Notes: generated by a model from the letters alone, not told the origin. A stretch of 64,000 nt of DNA from Malacoraja senta (GCA_038087875.1 CM076002.1:248001-312000), one strand, 5' to 3'; positions 26,650 to 41,095 are shown, counted from the stretch's first letter. A program made the numbers and translations.

Positions 26650-28850
26650 ACTTCACCCATTTATCTGACCATTCCATAAGACTACGCCCAGCATGGCCCC
26701 ATCCATAGGTGGACTATCTATCTTCTGGCACAAAAAGCTTTCTTGGATACACTTTAAAAACGTTACCCTCTGTAATCCTATCTCATGAAGATGATCCCAC
26801 TTAATACTGGGGAAATTCAGATCCTGTGTTATTCCAATACAATTTATCACTGCAATTTGCCTTGATATTTGCTGCTAACTGTTGGGGATCCAATTGCCTC
26901 CTTTTGTAACCTCTACCCATATTGTTGCATTTGAAGTGCCTGCTAAATCATCCTCCCTCATTAGTGCAATGATGATGTCCTTCACAAATAATGCAATGCT
27001 TTCTCCTCTTTTACACCTACCATGTCACGCTTGGAACTTCTATACCTTTTAACATTGAGTTGCTGGTCTTTCAACTATGTCTCAGTGGTTGCAAAAATAC
27101 CACATACTGATCAGCGTTAAGTTCATCTGCTTTACTGGTCAGCATCTATACAACAAAATAGATGCAATTTGACCTTCTCATCCTACCGTGTACAACATCA
27201 TGCCCATGTCTGTTCTACCTAATGACTGAATTCTATATTTGACTGAAACTTACCACCAATCACACATCTAATCTAAGTCCCATAAATCTTCCCAACAATA
27301 GGAGTAAAACTGCCAGCAAGGATATTTGTCCTTGCCCCATTCAGGTGCAAACTGACCTGCTTGTATAGGCTGCACCCACTCCAGAAATGTCTATATCCCA
27401 ACATCCAAAGCCCTCCCTCCCTCCTACACCATCCCTTTGGCCACACATTCATCTGGCCTATCTTTGTATTCCTATATTCAGGATCATGTGACACCAGAAG
27501 CAATGCAGAGATCACAATCTTGAAAGTCTTGCTCATGATTTTGCTATGTAATGCATGGAAGGATACAAATCTAATGCGGGCAAATGGATTAGTGCATATG
27601 GGCAAAGATGTATGGACATGGTGGGCCAAAGGGCCTACTTAGAGTCATACAGCACGGTAACAGACCCTTCAGCCCAATATGTCCATACCAACCAACACAC
27701 CGACCATCTAAGCTTGTCCCATTTTCTCACGTTTGGCCCATATCCCTCTAAACCTTTCCTATGCATGTACCTGTCCAAATGTCTTTTAAATGTTGTTATA
27801 GTGAGTGGCTGCTTTAGGTTCTCAGTGTGATCTCTGCCCAGATTGTGTCTTAGTTTTACTGAGAGCTTCAGTGTTTTCAGCTCCACCAAACCAAACCCTT
27901 TGCTTTTCACAGAAACCAAGTGACTGTTAGAATCATAGAGCTAAGCAGCATCAAAACTAGCCCTTCGGCCCAACTCTTCCCATCCATGTACCTGTCCAAA
28001 TGCCTTATTGTTATAGTATTTGCCCTAACTACCTACTCTGGCAATACATTCCATATTCCCACTATCCTCTGAATGAAGTTATTCCTTTACCCTGGGTAAA
28101 GACAGTGCATTCACACTATCCCCCTCATGATTATATACACCTCTTTAAGATCACACCTCAGCCTCCTGCACTGCAAGGAATAGCACCTTTTCTGTGCGCC
28201 ACCACTCTGTGTAACTTGACAATTTCATCCTGTTGCCATTGATCCCTTATTTACATGTCATTAGTAGTGACGTGTATTACACCCACTGACTGTTTACCCT
28301 CGCTGATGAGAATGTACTGCGACCGCTTTGAGATATCCATGTACCTGGCACCAGGAGGACAACACAGAATTCAAGGGCCTTGTTCACCCAACTGCTTCCT
28401 TTACAATTGAGCCCCTATTTACTGCAGCTCTGCTGATCTTTGTCCTCGCTCATTGTGCAGCTGAGCTAGTCTCAGTGCCACAAACATGCCCGTTTCTTCC
28501 CATCCCAAAGAGGCTGCCCCCAAACGTATCCAACATGGTCTACCTGTTTAACAGAGGGATGGCCACAGGGGTCTCCTGCACCACCCGCCTGTGCCCACGG
28601 ATCACTGGTGGGCACCCACTGCATTTCTACCCATTGTTTACAGGGTGACCAGCTCACTCTACATGCCATCCACAATGTCCTCAGCACCATGGATGATCCT
28701 CAGTGAGACCATCTTCAGCTCCAGATGTACAGCACATTAGTCAGGAGCTGAAGCAGGACACACAAATCACATGTGGTCACCAGGGACAAGGGAAATCTCT
28801 TTGATTCCCCACATATTGAGGAGGAGCATTCCATGGGACGGGTTCTCCAG
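26650..28850. mobile_element. Old, heavily decayed CR1 ORF1/endonuclease fragments and CR1 tails
   Basis: LYKQVSLHLNGARTNILAG, DLNFPSIKW and FKRHLDRYM remnants. Confidence 0.6.
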
Positions 28851-29099
28851 CCGTGGACACCCTTGCACTATCTTTGTACACTAAACTAAGGAAGTAAATT
28901 CCACAAGGAGTTTAGTTCCATTTTAAGCTTTAGTGAATGAAAGTATTAATGAAGGTAGAAGGACTGGCTTATTGCTACTCACCAATCTCTCCACTCACTA
29001 CAACATACACTCTCCAAGCCCCTCTGGGATTTGTTGTATGAACCCACGCTGTCAGTTCTCGGCCTCATTTGTAGCAGCTCAAAGAGCTCTGGTCCAAAC

Positions 29100-29498
29100 C
29101 AAAGATCCTATAGCAAGCAAGATAGTCCACTCGATGAAAAAGACGTAGTACGGACATGGGAAGATTCATGGGTAATTTTCGGCCCCATTTCCGTAACCGG
29201 CTTCCGTCTCCGCACCAAAGATCCCATAGCGGAGCAAAGATACTAGTGCGGAGATGGAAGCTGGTTACGGAAACATCCTCGTAAAAATAAAAGTTCTTTG
29301 GTAAAAATCTTCTCCTCATTTTCAGAATTATAATTTATTAACACAAACTGTTCCCCCGCAACGTTGATTACACTGCGAGTCGGGTCGGGTTACTGAAATG
29401 GATGAAAAAAAGCCCCACGTTCCGCTCCGTTGCGTACTACACATCAGCCCATTGCATTCAGCAGGAGTGGTCTATCTTGCTCCGCTATAGGATCTTTG
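29100..29498. mobile_element. MITE with about 33-bp TIRs and 8-bp TSD (hAT-like)
   Basis: Left end CAAAGATCCTATAGCAAGCAAGATAGTCCACTC; right end is its near-perfect reverse complement; flanks GTCCAAAC (29092-29099) and GTCTAAAC (29499-29506). Confidence 0.8.
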
Positions 29499-29654
29499 GT
29501 CTAAACAACTGAATTTAGCTGACATCAATTACAAACGGAGGTCCCCACTTAATCTACCTTGTTACCTGTACACCTGAAACTGCAAGCTTTAGCTAAATAA
29601 ACAGCCTGGAGGCTTTTATTTGTCCAGATTGTTAGCTTTGACTGTTGCATCCCT

Positions 29655-30980
29655 TTAAGTCAAGTCAAGTCAACTTTATTTGTCACATACACATACAAGT
29701 ACAGTGAAATGAAAGTGGCAATTCCTGCAGGATTGTGCAAAAACAACAGAACAACAGAACAGAACAGAACAAGTATTTACTTTTTTTTTAAAGACACAAC
29801 TGTAAATTACTCCCTGGTGAGATCAGAGTTTACAGTCCTGATGGCCTGTGGGAAGAAACTCCGTCTCATCCTCTCTGTTTTCGCAGCGTGACAGCGGAAG
29901 GGCTTGCCTGACCGTAGCAGGGTCCTGAGCAGAGCTGTTCCCAAACCAGATTGAGATGTTGCCGGACAAGATGCCTTCTACAGCCCCAGAGTAGAAGCAC
30001 TGGAGGATCCTTAGAGACACTCTGAATTTCCTCAATTGCCTGAGGAGGTAAAGGCGCTGCCTTGCCTTACTCACCAGTGCTGCAGCCTATGATGTCCATG
30101 TCAGATCCTCTGAGATGTGGACTCCCAGGTATTTAAAGCAGCTCACCCTATCCACAGTATCCCCATTTATCTTCAATGGTGTGTACGTCCTAGGATGTTG
30201 TGCCCTCCGAAAGTCCACGATCAGCTCCATAGTTTTTTTGACATTCAAGAGGAGGCTGTTGCCCTGACACCAGAGTGCCAGATCAGCCACCTCCTCCCGG
30301 TAGGCCTTCTCATCGTTATCGGAGATCAGGCCCACCATCACAGTGTCATCAGCAAACTTGATTATAGAGTTGGAGCTGAACCTAGCCACACAGTCATGTG
30401 TGTACAGGGAGTACAGTAGGGGGCTGAGGACGCAACCCTGGGGGGATCCTGTGCTCAGGGTGAGGGACTTCGATGTATTTCCTCCCATCTTGACTACCTG
30501 TGGCCTGGCGGTGAGAAAGTCCAGGACCCAGGTACACAGGGGGGTGTTGAGCCCCAATTCCAGCAGCTTCTTAGCAAGTCTGGTGGGGACTATCGTGTTG
30601 AAGGCTGAACTGAAGTCTATGAACAGCATCCTCACATAGCCCCCTCCTTCTGGCTGTCAAGATGAGAGAGAGCGGTGTGCAGAACCTGGGAGACCGCATC
30701 GTCCATGGACCTGTTCGGACGGTATGCGAATTGTAGCGGTTCCATGTTGCGAGGGAGGAAGGCGCAGATGTGTTTCTCAAAGCAGCCTCTCAAAGCATTT
30801 CATAACTAGCGAGGTGAGGGCCACCGGACGGTAGTCATTCAGACAAGCTGGGGAGGCATTTTTAGATACAGGTACAATGATGGATCTTTTGAAGCAGGCA
30901 GGGACCACGGACTTCGCCAGGGAGAGGTTGAATATTGTAGTGAGCTCCGGAGCTAGCTGCGTAGCACAAGACTTAAGTAC
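29655..30980 (-). mobile_element. Rex1/Babar-type LINE fragment (third subfamily)
   Basis: [33 protein letters not shown]; (AAGTC)n tail at about 29657-29672. Confidence 0.87.
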
Positions 30981-31440
30981 TTGTAACTAAGTACCTAAGT
31001 TACAGAGAAAGGTTGAACAAGATAGGTCTTTATTCTTTGGAGCGCAGAAGGTTAAGGGAGGACTTGATAGAGGTCTTTAAAATGATGAGCGGGTTAGACA
31101 GAGTTGACGTGGATAAGTTTTTCCATTGAGAGTAGGGAAGATTCAAACAAGAGGACATGATTTGAGAATTAAGGGACAAAAGTTTAGGGGTAACATGAGG
31201 GGGAACTTCTTTACTCAGAGTGTGTTAGCTGTGTGGAATGAGCTTCCAGTGGAAGTGGTGGAGGCAGGTTCGATTTTATCATTTAAAAATGAATTGGATA
31301 GGTATATGGACGGGAAAGGAATGGAGGGTTATGGTCTGAGTGCAGGTAGATGGGACTAGGTGAGAGTAAGTGTTCGGCACAGACTAGAAGGGCCAAGATG
31401 GCCTGTTTCCGTGCTGTAATTGTTATATGGTTATCTGGTT
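30981..31440 (+). mobile_element. CR1 family B 3' end
   Basis: QTRGHDLRI...FFTQ...ELDRYMD and TTATATGGTTAT tail; reverse complement of 8683-9100. Confidence 0.85.
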
Positions 31441-32049
31441 ACTCGCCCCGTATGCCATCTGTTCACCCGTGTCAGAGCCCTCCTCACGTCGTGCTAGGAC
31501 AATGAGAATGTGTGCACATCTCCAGCGATGGACCTCCCTTCAGCTTCGATAGCCAGCACGCTGGCGGTGTTGTCGTTAGTTGGCAAACCTGGGGTGATGT
31601 TGCCCATCTCGAAACGGACTGTCGTGAGCCCCTGCCTGGGATCGCTCCCACCGCGGCCTGCTGACTTACCATCAAGGGCTCGCAGTCTCGGGGGAGGCTA
31701 GTCGGGAGCTCGAACGCCGCAGAAGGTTCGTCCAGCCCCGACGCGAGGTTCGATCGCTCGGCACGGGGGAGCTGACATCCCCCCGATGCGGGAGCTGAAC
31801 GCCTCGACGTGGAGGGCCCGAACGCCGCCGGCAATGGGACACAAGACCGTCCCATCAATGGGGGACTCGAGGCTCCCGACCAAGGAAGAACAACAAGGGT
31901 AGGACAAACTTTATTTTCGCCTTCCGTCACTGTGATGGATGTTTATGTTAAAATGTGTTTTCTGAGTGTTGCTTTTTAAAATTGTATGTCTGACCTGGCC
32001 AGTGAATTTCACTGCACCAATTGGTGTATGTGACAATAAATGAACATGA

Positions 32050-32318
32050 ACTTATGAGGTTGGAGGAGATGCAGGTGAACCTCTGACGCATGTGGAAAGA
32101 CTGCTTGGGTCCTTGAATGGAGTCAAGGGGGGAGGTAAAGCGACAAGTGTAGCATTTCCTGCGGTTGCAAGGGTAAGTGCCAGGAGAGAGGGTGGTTTGG
32201 GTGGGAAGGGACAAATTGACCAGAGTGTTACGGAGGGAGCAGTCTCAGCGGAAGGCAGACAGGGGAGGAGAAGGGAAGAAGTGGCCAGTGGTGGGATCCC
32301 GTTGGAGGTGGCGAAAAT
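32050..32318 (-). mobile_element. Penelope-like element fragment (Cys-rich linker before GIY-YIG)
   Basis: PGTYPCNRRKCYTCRFT...FTCISSNLI in ORF 31948-32214. Confidence 0.75.
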
Positions 32319-34045
32319 GTCATTTCAGAGATACTGGGACAGGTACATGGATAGGAAAGATTTGGAGGGATATCAGCGAGGAACAGGCAAGAGGGACTCG
32401 CTTGGTTGGGCAACATGGTGGAATTCACCCAAATGGCCTGTTTCTGTGTCATACAGCTCTATGAATCAATGACTTCAAATTGCCAATGCATCCAGTCAGG
32501 AGCTGAAGTGGGTCATCCCTCCTGCACACATGGCCAACAGGAAACTGGAAATTTCCAATTCCCCACATATTGAGGACCATTGGACACCTTGGACTAAGCC
32601 CTTTGTCACTCACTTTAATTTAGAGTGCTGATTACACCAACCACCTTCTTCCTCTCAATTCTACCTGTTACAATTTACCACCCCTACCTTTCCTCTTACA
32701 TCAGTGAATGATGGTAGGAAGCAGAGATAGAACAATCCACATTTGCTACTCACCATGTCACTGCCACCACTGCCAGGCATCACTGTCTGATTCGTGACGT
32801 CCCCTCCAGCTCTGCTGCTGGACTCCGGGAGCTGGGTGAGATCTATTTATGCATCTGTCTCTCCGGATCCTCTCTTCCAGGTCCACCTCACTCACCACTG
32901 CTGCCGACTTAGTTCCCTTGGCCTGTAGGATTCAATCAATCACTTTTGATTGAACTCAGTGACTGAGTCTCCAGAGAACTCTGGGGTCGAGAAGTCCGAA
33001 GATCCACCAGCATCCAGGTGAAGAGTTTGTCCTCATCTTGGTCATTTATAGCCCACCCTTACTCTGAGATTGTGCCCCTGACCCTGGATACCACAGCCAG
33101 GATAAACCTCCTCCCTGTGTCCAGTCTATCAAGCCTGGTAGAATTTCACAAGTTTCTGCAAGATTGCTCAGTCATTGAACACCAAGAATAGATGGCAGCT
33201 TTACTCTATTTCCCCTCATGTGACAAACCCCTGTAAATCTGAAACATGGACTCTGCTCCTCTCTCCATAGACGCTGCCTGAACCCCTGAGCACTTCCTGG
33301 ATTCTGTCTGGAGAATCTTCAATGCACTCCCTCAAAAGAAAGTGCACCTTTCATTAGGTACGGGCACCAGGTTTGTACACAATCCTTCAGATATGGCGTC
33401 ATTGAGGTTCTTGCATGTTTTAATCTGCACTTTCACAGTAACTGTAACATGGTAGACTACATTCTACACTGGTATATTTATTTTCGTGCTAGTTGTTGTA
33501 CTTTTGTAAGGCTTCATTGTATCATGTATGGTATGATTTGACTGGATAGTATGCAGAGTTTTTCACTGTATCTCGATACATGTGACAATAATAATCCAAT
33601 TCCAAGGCCATGTCTAATTCTGGTGACCAATTCCAGGTACCCACGGTGATCACACACTAACTGTACTTGAAACACACGGTGCCAGGACAACAAGAGGATC
33701 GTCAGTCAGAGCCAAAGAAGTGAGCAGCCCTGTGATCCCAGGATAGGAACTCCAGCACTCCAACACATCACAACTTGGTCGTCTGGGCTCTGTGAAATAT
33801 CCCGGGACACGAGACCGGACAACTCGATAAATCCTGGGCCAGTACCCAGGCACCGTGTTATATTGTCGAATAGGAGCCCAGGCCTCAAGGTAGATACTGG
33901 GACAGAAACATACAACTGGTGAAGATTCACCCAACTGCAATATACAAGACAAGAGCCATGACAAGCTGGGAATTCCAGGACAAGAACCACCTCTCTGGGA
34001 AAGAGCATACAGATCCCAGGAAATACATTCACCCAGTCAGAGGGA

Positions 34046-37000
34046 ATGGCGAGTGTTTCATCAACTGTAAACAGCTGGTCTGGAAACCTGAACACTCCAC
34101 AACTTGTGAGGGATTTGGGTTTACAGGATCATTATCCTCACAAACTGTCACTGACGTCCATGCGGGAGGTATCCTGGGGTAAACTGGATGACAACAAACC
34201 AACTCGACCAGAAGATCTTCCTTGGCGATTTCTCCAAAGGATTCTCTCAGCTAATTCACTGGCGAGGAATCCTGAATGGCCCCCTGATCAGTCTTCAAAA
34301 GACAACAAAGATGATGTAGAAGACTTCAGCCATTTCTTTCAAGCATAAAGGCCTGGAGATTCTGGGATTAACCCTCTGGATATCATTGCTGCCATTTTCC
34401 TCTGTGCCGACCACTCTCTCCAGCAGGAACTGATGCTGAAGATGTCTCTGTGCCAACTTGCATTACCCTTTCTGCTGCCGGAAGGGCACAGTTACCCCAG
34501 TGACAAGGTGAGGGGACCCATGGAAGGGCCTGGTGCCACCCTTCTCCTCTGGGCCATGAGGCCCATTGTTAAAATGTGGTGCCCACAATCTCCCACAGGG
34601 AACAGCCCCGTTGTGGAGATGCCCATCGTGACAGCAACCGTGCCAACTGTCTCCTTCCTCAGACTCGGAAGGTGCACGGTGTCCAAATCCAGAGTCCTCA
34701 ATCTCACCTTGAGCCAGACCCAGCAGCAGCAGAACATCTTTCTGCACTCTGAGATGGAATGTGGGAATGTGCCCCATGGGATATCGGATGGGATGGCTGA
34801 GATCAGCTGGTATTTACCTTCTGGGAAGAGCAACACAAACATTTTCCCGGAGGCTGCTGCATTCATCAACCTCCGAGGTGATGCTGAAACTTACCAGGGA
34901 CACACTCATTTTCTGGCAAAAGTCTCTGCTGCTCTCTTTATTTTCATTGACGTTATTGGTGAGAAGGAAAGAGAATTTCTCACCTCTCTCGCACAGTCAC
35001 CGGCAAAACTCTTTCTGATAGTGAACACTCACATCACCCCTGAGCAGATAAAGAAACTGTTTGCAGGTCAGAAGTTACAACGTCAACAATGCATTGTTCG
35101 GACAAATGTAAACGAGGCCAAACATGTGGAAAAACTTCGTTCTCAGATAAAACAAGTGATTCTAATGAGGGGCAGGGACCAGAGCTTCCTGAGTCTGGAA
35201 CATGTGGGTGACATTGCGAGACAAAGTGGGATTCAGGTTGATGAACATCAGCCTGAAATACAACGGGCCAAGGACTTGACCAAAATACTGGGCAGTCTTG
35301 ACCCTGCAGACATCACTTGGTATAAAAAGAGAGTGCTGCCCTTTCATGGAGAGCCCTGGCAAGGACTGTCTAAAGTTGAGAAAGAGAAGTGTCGAATGAA
35401 ACTCCGTGGGGACAGATCCACAGATCAGTATAACCATGAGCTGGACCAAGACAAGAAAAGAATCCGGGAAGCTCAGCTCAGACAGAGCCTGTCGGAGGAG
35501 ATGCAGATGTTCATTGACCACCTCACCTGTCCTGGTGGGGATGACAGGGCCATTTCCTTACAGTGGCTGAAGCTGATGCTGGACAGTAAATCAAGGCAAA
35601 TCATGGCAGGATTGCGCAGGGATTATAAAGAACTGAGCAAAGACTCAATGCAGAAGGTCAAGGAGCTGAAGGACATGGATCAGAAGATGACTGATAGTTC
35701 CCTGGGACTTGAGCACTTCATGAGGGAACTGGGCCAGGTTTATGAACTCTCAGTGACACAACACAACATCAAGCAACAAACACAGATCCACCCACATGTG
35801 CTTCAGTTACCGGGTGTTGCTGCTGAACTGTTACTGGATGGGTTCCCACTGGAGCTCATTGATGGAGACGTCTCCAACGTTCCTGTTTCATGGATCACTG
35901 CTGTACTGGAAGCAGTGGCCGAGAAGGTGGGACGTGCTTCCCGAGTGTTTGTGCTGACAGTGATTGGAGTTCAGAGCACGGGCAAGTCCACGCTCCTCAA
36001 TACAATGTTCTGTTTGCGGTTTGCTGTGAGCAGCGGCCGATGTACACGAGGGGCCTACATGCAGCTGATGAAGGTCACAGGGAGCCTGGCGGAGGAGCTG
36101 GGCTGTGACTTCATCCTGGTCATTGACACGGAGGGGCTGAGAGCTCCAGAACTTGCAACACTAACAGACAGCTATGAACACGACAATGAGCTGGCAACAT
36201 TCGTGGTGGGATTAAGCAACATAACGTTGGTAAACATAGGCATGGAAACCATCGCAGAGATGAAAGATATTTTACAGATTGTTGTTCATTCCTTACTCCG
36301 CATGAAACTGACGGGGAGAAGACCAAAGTGTATATTTGTCCACCAGAATGTTGGAGATGTGAGTGCACATGATCACAATCTGAGAGGCCGTCAGAAACTA
36401 CTGGAACAGCTGGATAAGATGACAGAGGCTGCAGCAAAACTGGAGAAGGTGGAGGGAGTTACGTTCCGTGATGTGATGGACTATGATGCTGACAAGGACA
36501 ACTGGTACATCCCTGGTCTGTGGCAAGGTACACCCCCAATGGCTGCCGTCAATACTGGCTACAGTGAACACGTCTTCCAACTGAAGATGAGTCTCATTCA
36601 ATGTTTACTCAAAGGGAAATCAGGCCAAGGAGCTTTCACAATCCCAGACTTTACCACATGGATGACTGGCCTTTGGGAGCAGGTGAAACATGAGAATTTC
36701 ATTTTTCAGCTTCCAGAACAGTCTGTTTGCAGAGGCTTACAACCAGCTCTCTGTGAAGTACAAGGACTGGGAGTGGGAGCTCCGCAAATTCACACACTCC
36801 TGGGGAAACGAGGCTGAAAACACAGTAAATAATGCCAGTGGTGACCTCAACCTACTGCTCCAAACACTGGGACATGAGATCAGGATGGAGATTAACAAAA
36901 GGGAGGATGAGACTCTGGATAAACTAAAAACTGTGTTTGAAAGTGGGGCTGATAATGTGCAGCTGATGGAGAAATACAGGGAGGAATTCAAGCTCAGCAT

Positions 37001-38835
37001 CTCCAGTTTATGCAGACGGCTTCAGGATGATTCAATGCAGAGATGTAAGGATGCTGTGAACAGACGTGTGGGACTGCAGGAAGTGGATGATAGTTGGAAT
37101 AAATTTCACAAGAAAATCGAACAACAGGTCAAGGAGCTTTTACTAAAGTGTAAAGGGGCAAATCAGGTGTTGGGTGACGAGGAACTGCAAACTGCCTTTG
37201 GAAAGATGTGGCAAGACACACTGTCACAGCTGGACTATCAGCCCTGTAGAGAAAGAAACATTGAACTGGAGATTGAAAAACTTCTCAGAGAGAACACAGC
37301 AACTCAAGGGAGGGTGATTAATAAAATGCTAGAAAGAAAACCTCTCTGTAAACAGGGAACCCAGTGCTTTCAAATTGAAGGTAAACACATCAACATGGCA
37401 TGGATGAGACATGTTAAAACCACATTCGGGATATCCTCGCACCAATCAGATGTTAATCGGGCAGCAATGATAACACAGTCCCTCGAGGATGAATGCTGTC
37501 AATGGATCAGTGACATCACAAAAATAGACATGGATTATGACATTAGATATTGTATTGAACTTTTGCATATTATACAGGAGAAAATTAACAATATTTCAAA
37601 CCCAAACTTCACAATGAGCGAGGAATTCAGGGCTGAGTTTAAACTTCACCTGTGTGGTTACGCTGTACCAAGATTCCAAGACATGCAGACGAGGTTCATC
37701 CAGAAACACGACCCGCGGCAAAGACTGGAAAACACGAAGGGTCAATACTATGATCTCTTCATGGATATTTACACAGAGCAGGATGATTACCAGAGACAAG
37801 CAGGTTTGCACAATCTTGTTTCTTGCCAGCTCTCAGAGACGCCACCCTCAAGGCTCTCAGTGTGAACATCGTTGATGATATGAAACAAAATGACCCTGAG
37901 AAGAAGTACAGTCTCCACAACAACTTCACTGTGGCCCTCCTGGTGCACTTGAAACAAAGGGATACATTTGATGACTATCACCGGTATATCACTGACCTTG
38001 AGAATTTGGCCAAAGATTGGCTCCATCAACAGGTTATTGAACACTGCACGACACAACGTGATGGAGAAGGCACGTCTACCCGTCTGGCTGAAGGAATCCT
38101 CACACAGATCACTGGGCAAGCTAAAGAGATTGTTAAGGATGCAGTGATGCAGAACTTTGCTGGAAATGTTCAGAGCTTCCTGGACATGTTTGTTGAAAAG
38201 TTAAACACCAGGATCTCAATGCCCAAAGATGAAATGAAACTAGTTCTGTTTCACAGTGACGGTGATGGCAAGAAATGGGCAGAAGCAGTTCTGCCATCTA
38301 TTGAAGAGGTGGAGCAGAGACTCCTCAGTGAGGTAACAGGCTGGGATGTCCAAGCAAAGATTGACCCAGGGATGAGCTGTTCAAAGGGTTATTCAATTGT
38401 ACTAAGAAATGTCCTTTCTGTGGGGTTTTCTGTGATTCAGAGACCCCGGTACACTCACAGCACTCTTGTAAGCAGCACAGGCCTGAAGGACTCAGTAGCT
38501 ATCGATGGAGACACAGTGAACGTCTTGTAACTGGCGTCTGCACAGCTTTAGTCGCAAGTAGTACATTATTTAGTAATAATGACACAAATGGGAAATACAA
38601 ACCTTACAAGTATTACCAAACTGTCAATGATTACTACAAATCCTGGATCATCCAGCGGGAAATTTCCGCACAGGCAGCATCCTATTGGAAGAAGGTTTTC
38701 TACATTTTCAATAAGCAGTTTGCTAAAAAATATGGAGTAAAACCGGCAAAAATCGATGAATCCTGGAACATTGACTGGGATGTAGTGAGGGGAGATCTGA
38801 ATAAGACGTATAACACAAACATTCAGTCTTGGTGA
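34046..38835 (+). pseudogene. GVIN1/URGCP-family very large (interferon-inducible-type) GTPase gene, copy 1, disrupted
   Basis: Family motifs INPLDIIAAIFLCAD, KMSLCQLALPFLLP, SLGLEHFMRELGQ, LELIDGD, G1 GVQSTGKS, FAVSSGRCTRG, G3 DTEG, HDNELATF, LWQGTPPMAAVN, C-terminal CPFCGVFC..H..QHRP and SYWK; terminal TGA 38833-38835. Lesions: in-frame TAA 34346-34348 and frameshifts at about 36705, 37805 and 38362. Confidence 0.88.
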
Positions 38836-38999
38836 GGTGCCTTAATGTGACATCACTCAAAGGTAGAAATGGACAAACTACTCCCCTATAAAGGAAATGG
38901 CAGAGAAAATCACGCAACATTAAAATTCAAATCTGATTATAAATCATAAAACGATTAGCAGAGCAGATAGTTTCAACCAATTACTTATTAAAATTGCTT

Positions 39000-41095
39000 T
39001 TGCAGAAGTAACCAAAAAGGATGCGGGCAAAGCCGTGGACTTGGTCTGTATGGACTTCAGCAAACCTTTGATAAGTTTCCGCATGGTGGCTGCTCCAGAA
39101 GGTTAGATCGCATGGATCCAGGGAGAGCCAGCTGACTGGACAGAGAATTAGCTTCATGGAAGGAAGCAGAGGTGGTGGTGGAAGGTTGTTTTATGGACCG
39201 GAGGCCTGTGAATAGTGGTGTGCCCCAGAGATCTGTGCTATTTGTGGTTTATAAGAACATAGAACAGGACAACACAAGAACGGGCCCTTTAGCCCACAAT
39301 GTTTATGCCAAACATGGAACCTAGCTACACTGATTTCATCTGCCTCCATAACCCTCCATTCCCTGCAAATCCATGTGCCTATTTAAAAGCTTAATGAACA
39401 TCACGATCGTATCTGCCTCCACCAGCACCCCTGGCAATACGTTTCATCTACCCACCACCCTCTGTGTAAAATAACTTGCCCCACATCTCTATTATATTTC
39501 TCCCTCTTGCCTTGTAGCTATGCCCTCTAGGGTTGGACATTTCCACCATGGGAATATAATTCTGACTGTTTACCCTATCTATGCCTCTCATAATTTTATA
39601 TACTTCCCCTTAACCTCCAACATTGCAGGGAAAATAATTGTATATTAATGATTTGTAATAGGGGATTGAAGGCTTTGTGGCCAAGTTTGCAGATGATGCT
39701 AAGATAGGTGGAGCCCGGCAGTGTAGAGGAAGCAAGGTCTATGCAGAAGGACTTGGACAGGTTGAGAGAGTGGGCAGAGAAGTGGCAGATGGAATATAGT
39801 GTAGCAAAGTGCGGAGTCATGCATTTTGGTAATAAGGATAAAAGCGTAGATTATTTTCTAAATGGAGAGAGAATCCAGAAATCGAAGGTGTAAAGGGACT
39901 TGGGAGTGCTGGTGCAGAATTCACAAAAAGTTAATTTGTAGTAAGGAAGGCAAATTCAATGCTAGCATTTATGTCAAGAAGACTGGAGTACAAAAAGAGG
40001 TGTAATGCTGAGGCACTATAAGATGCAGGTCAGGCCGCATTTGGACCACTGTGAGCAAATTTGTCCCCATATCTGAGGAAGGATGTGCTGGCTCTGGAGA
40101 GGGTCCAGAGGAGGTTTACAAGATTGATCGCAGGAATGAGTGGGTTAACCTATGATGAGCGTTTGACAGCACTGGGCCTGTACTCGCTGAAGTTTTGAAG
40201 TTTGAGAGCAGAGGGACATTGAAACTTACAGAATGGTGAAAGGCTTGGATAGAGTGGATGTGAATAGGATGTTTCCACTGGTGGGAGAGTCTAGGACCAG
40301 TCATAGCCTCAGAATTTAAAGGGGCTCTTTTAGAAAGGCGAGGAGGAACTTCATTAGTCAAAGGGTAGTTAATCTGTGGAACTCATTGCCATAGAGGGTT
40401 GTGGAGGCCAAGTCAGTGGATATTTACAAGGCAGAGATGGACACATTTTTGATTAGAACGGGTGTCAAGGGTTATGGAGAGAAGGTAGGAAAATGGGATT
40501 AGGAGGCAGAGATCAGCCATGATTGAATGGTGGAGTAGACTCGATGGGCCGAATGGCCTAATTCGATTCCTATAACTTGTAAACTTGTGAATCCAAGTAT
40601 ATCCAACCTCTCCCTGTAGCTGAAACTCTCTAATCCAGGTATCATTCTGGTAAACCTCCTCTGCACCCACTCCAAAGCCTCCACATCTTTACTGTAACGG
40701 GGTGACCAGAACTGCAGGCAATACCCCAAATGTCCAACTGCCTGACTTCCTGACTCTTATATTCAATACCCCTAGCAATGAAGGGAAACATACCGTATGT
40801 GTTCTTTACCACCCTATCTACTTGTGCTGCCACCTTCAGTGAGCTATGACCTTGGACTCCAAGATCTCTCTGCACATTAATGCTGTTTAAGGGTCTCGCC
40901 ATTAACTATACTTTCCTTCCATTCAACCTCTCAAAGTGCAACACCTCACACATGCTCTGGTTAAACCTCATCTGCCATTTCTCTGCCCATTTCTGTAGCT
41001 GATCTATATCCCATTGCATCTTCTGACAGCCTACCTTGCTGTCTGCAACTCCTCCAATGTTGGTGTTATCAGCAAACTTACAAACCATCTGCATT
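39000..41095. mobile_element. Cluster of decayed CR1 RT and 3' fragments, both strands
   Basis: MDFSK, KFADD and LREWAEKWQM motifs; tail-to-tail junction at about 40575. Confidence 0.75.

Noticed and set aside
34346..34348. Programmed readthrough or frameshifting in GTPase copy 1
   Set aside because: The stop is TAA where paralogous units have AAA, and four independent lesions fit decay or sequence error better.
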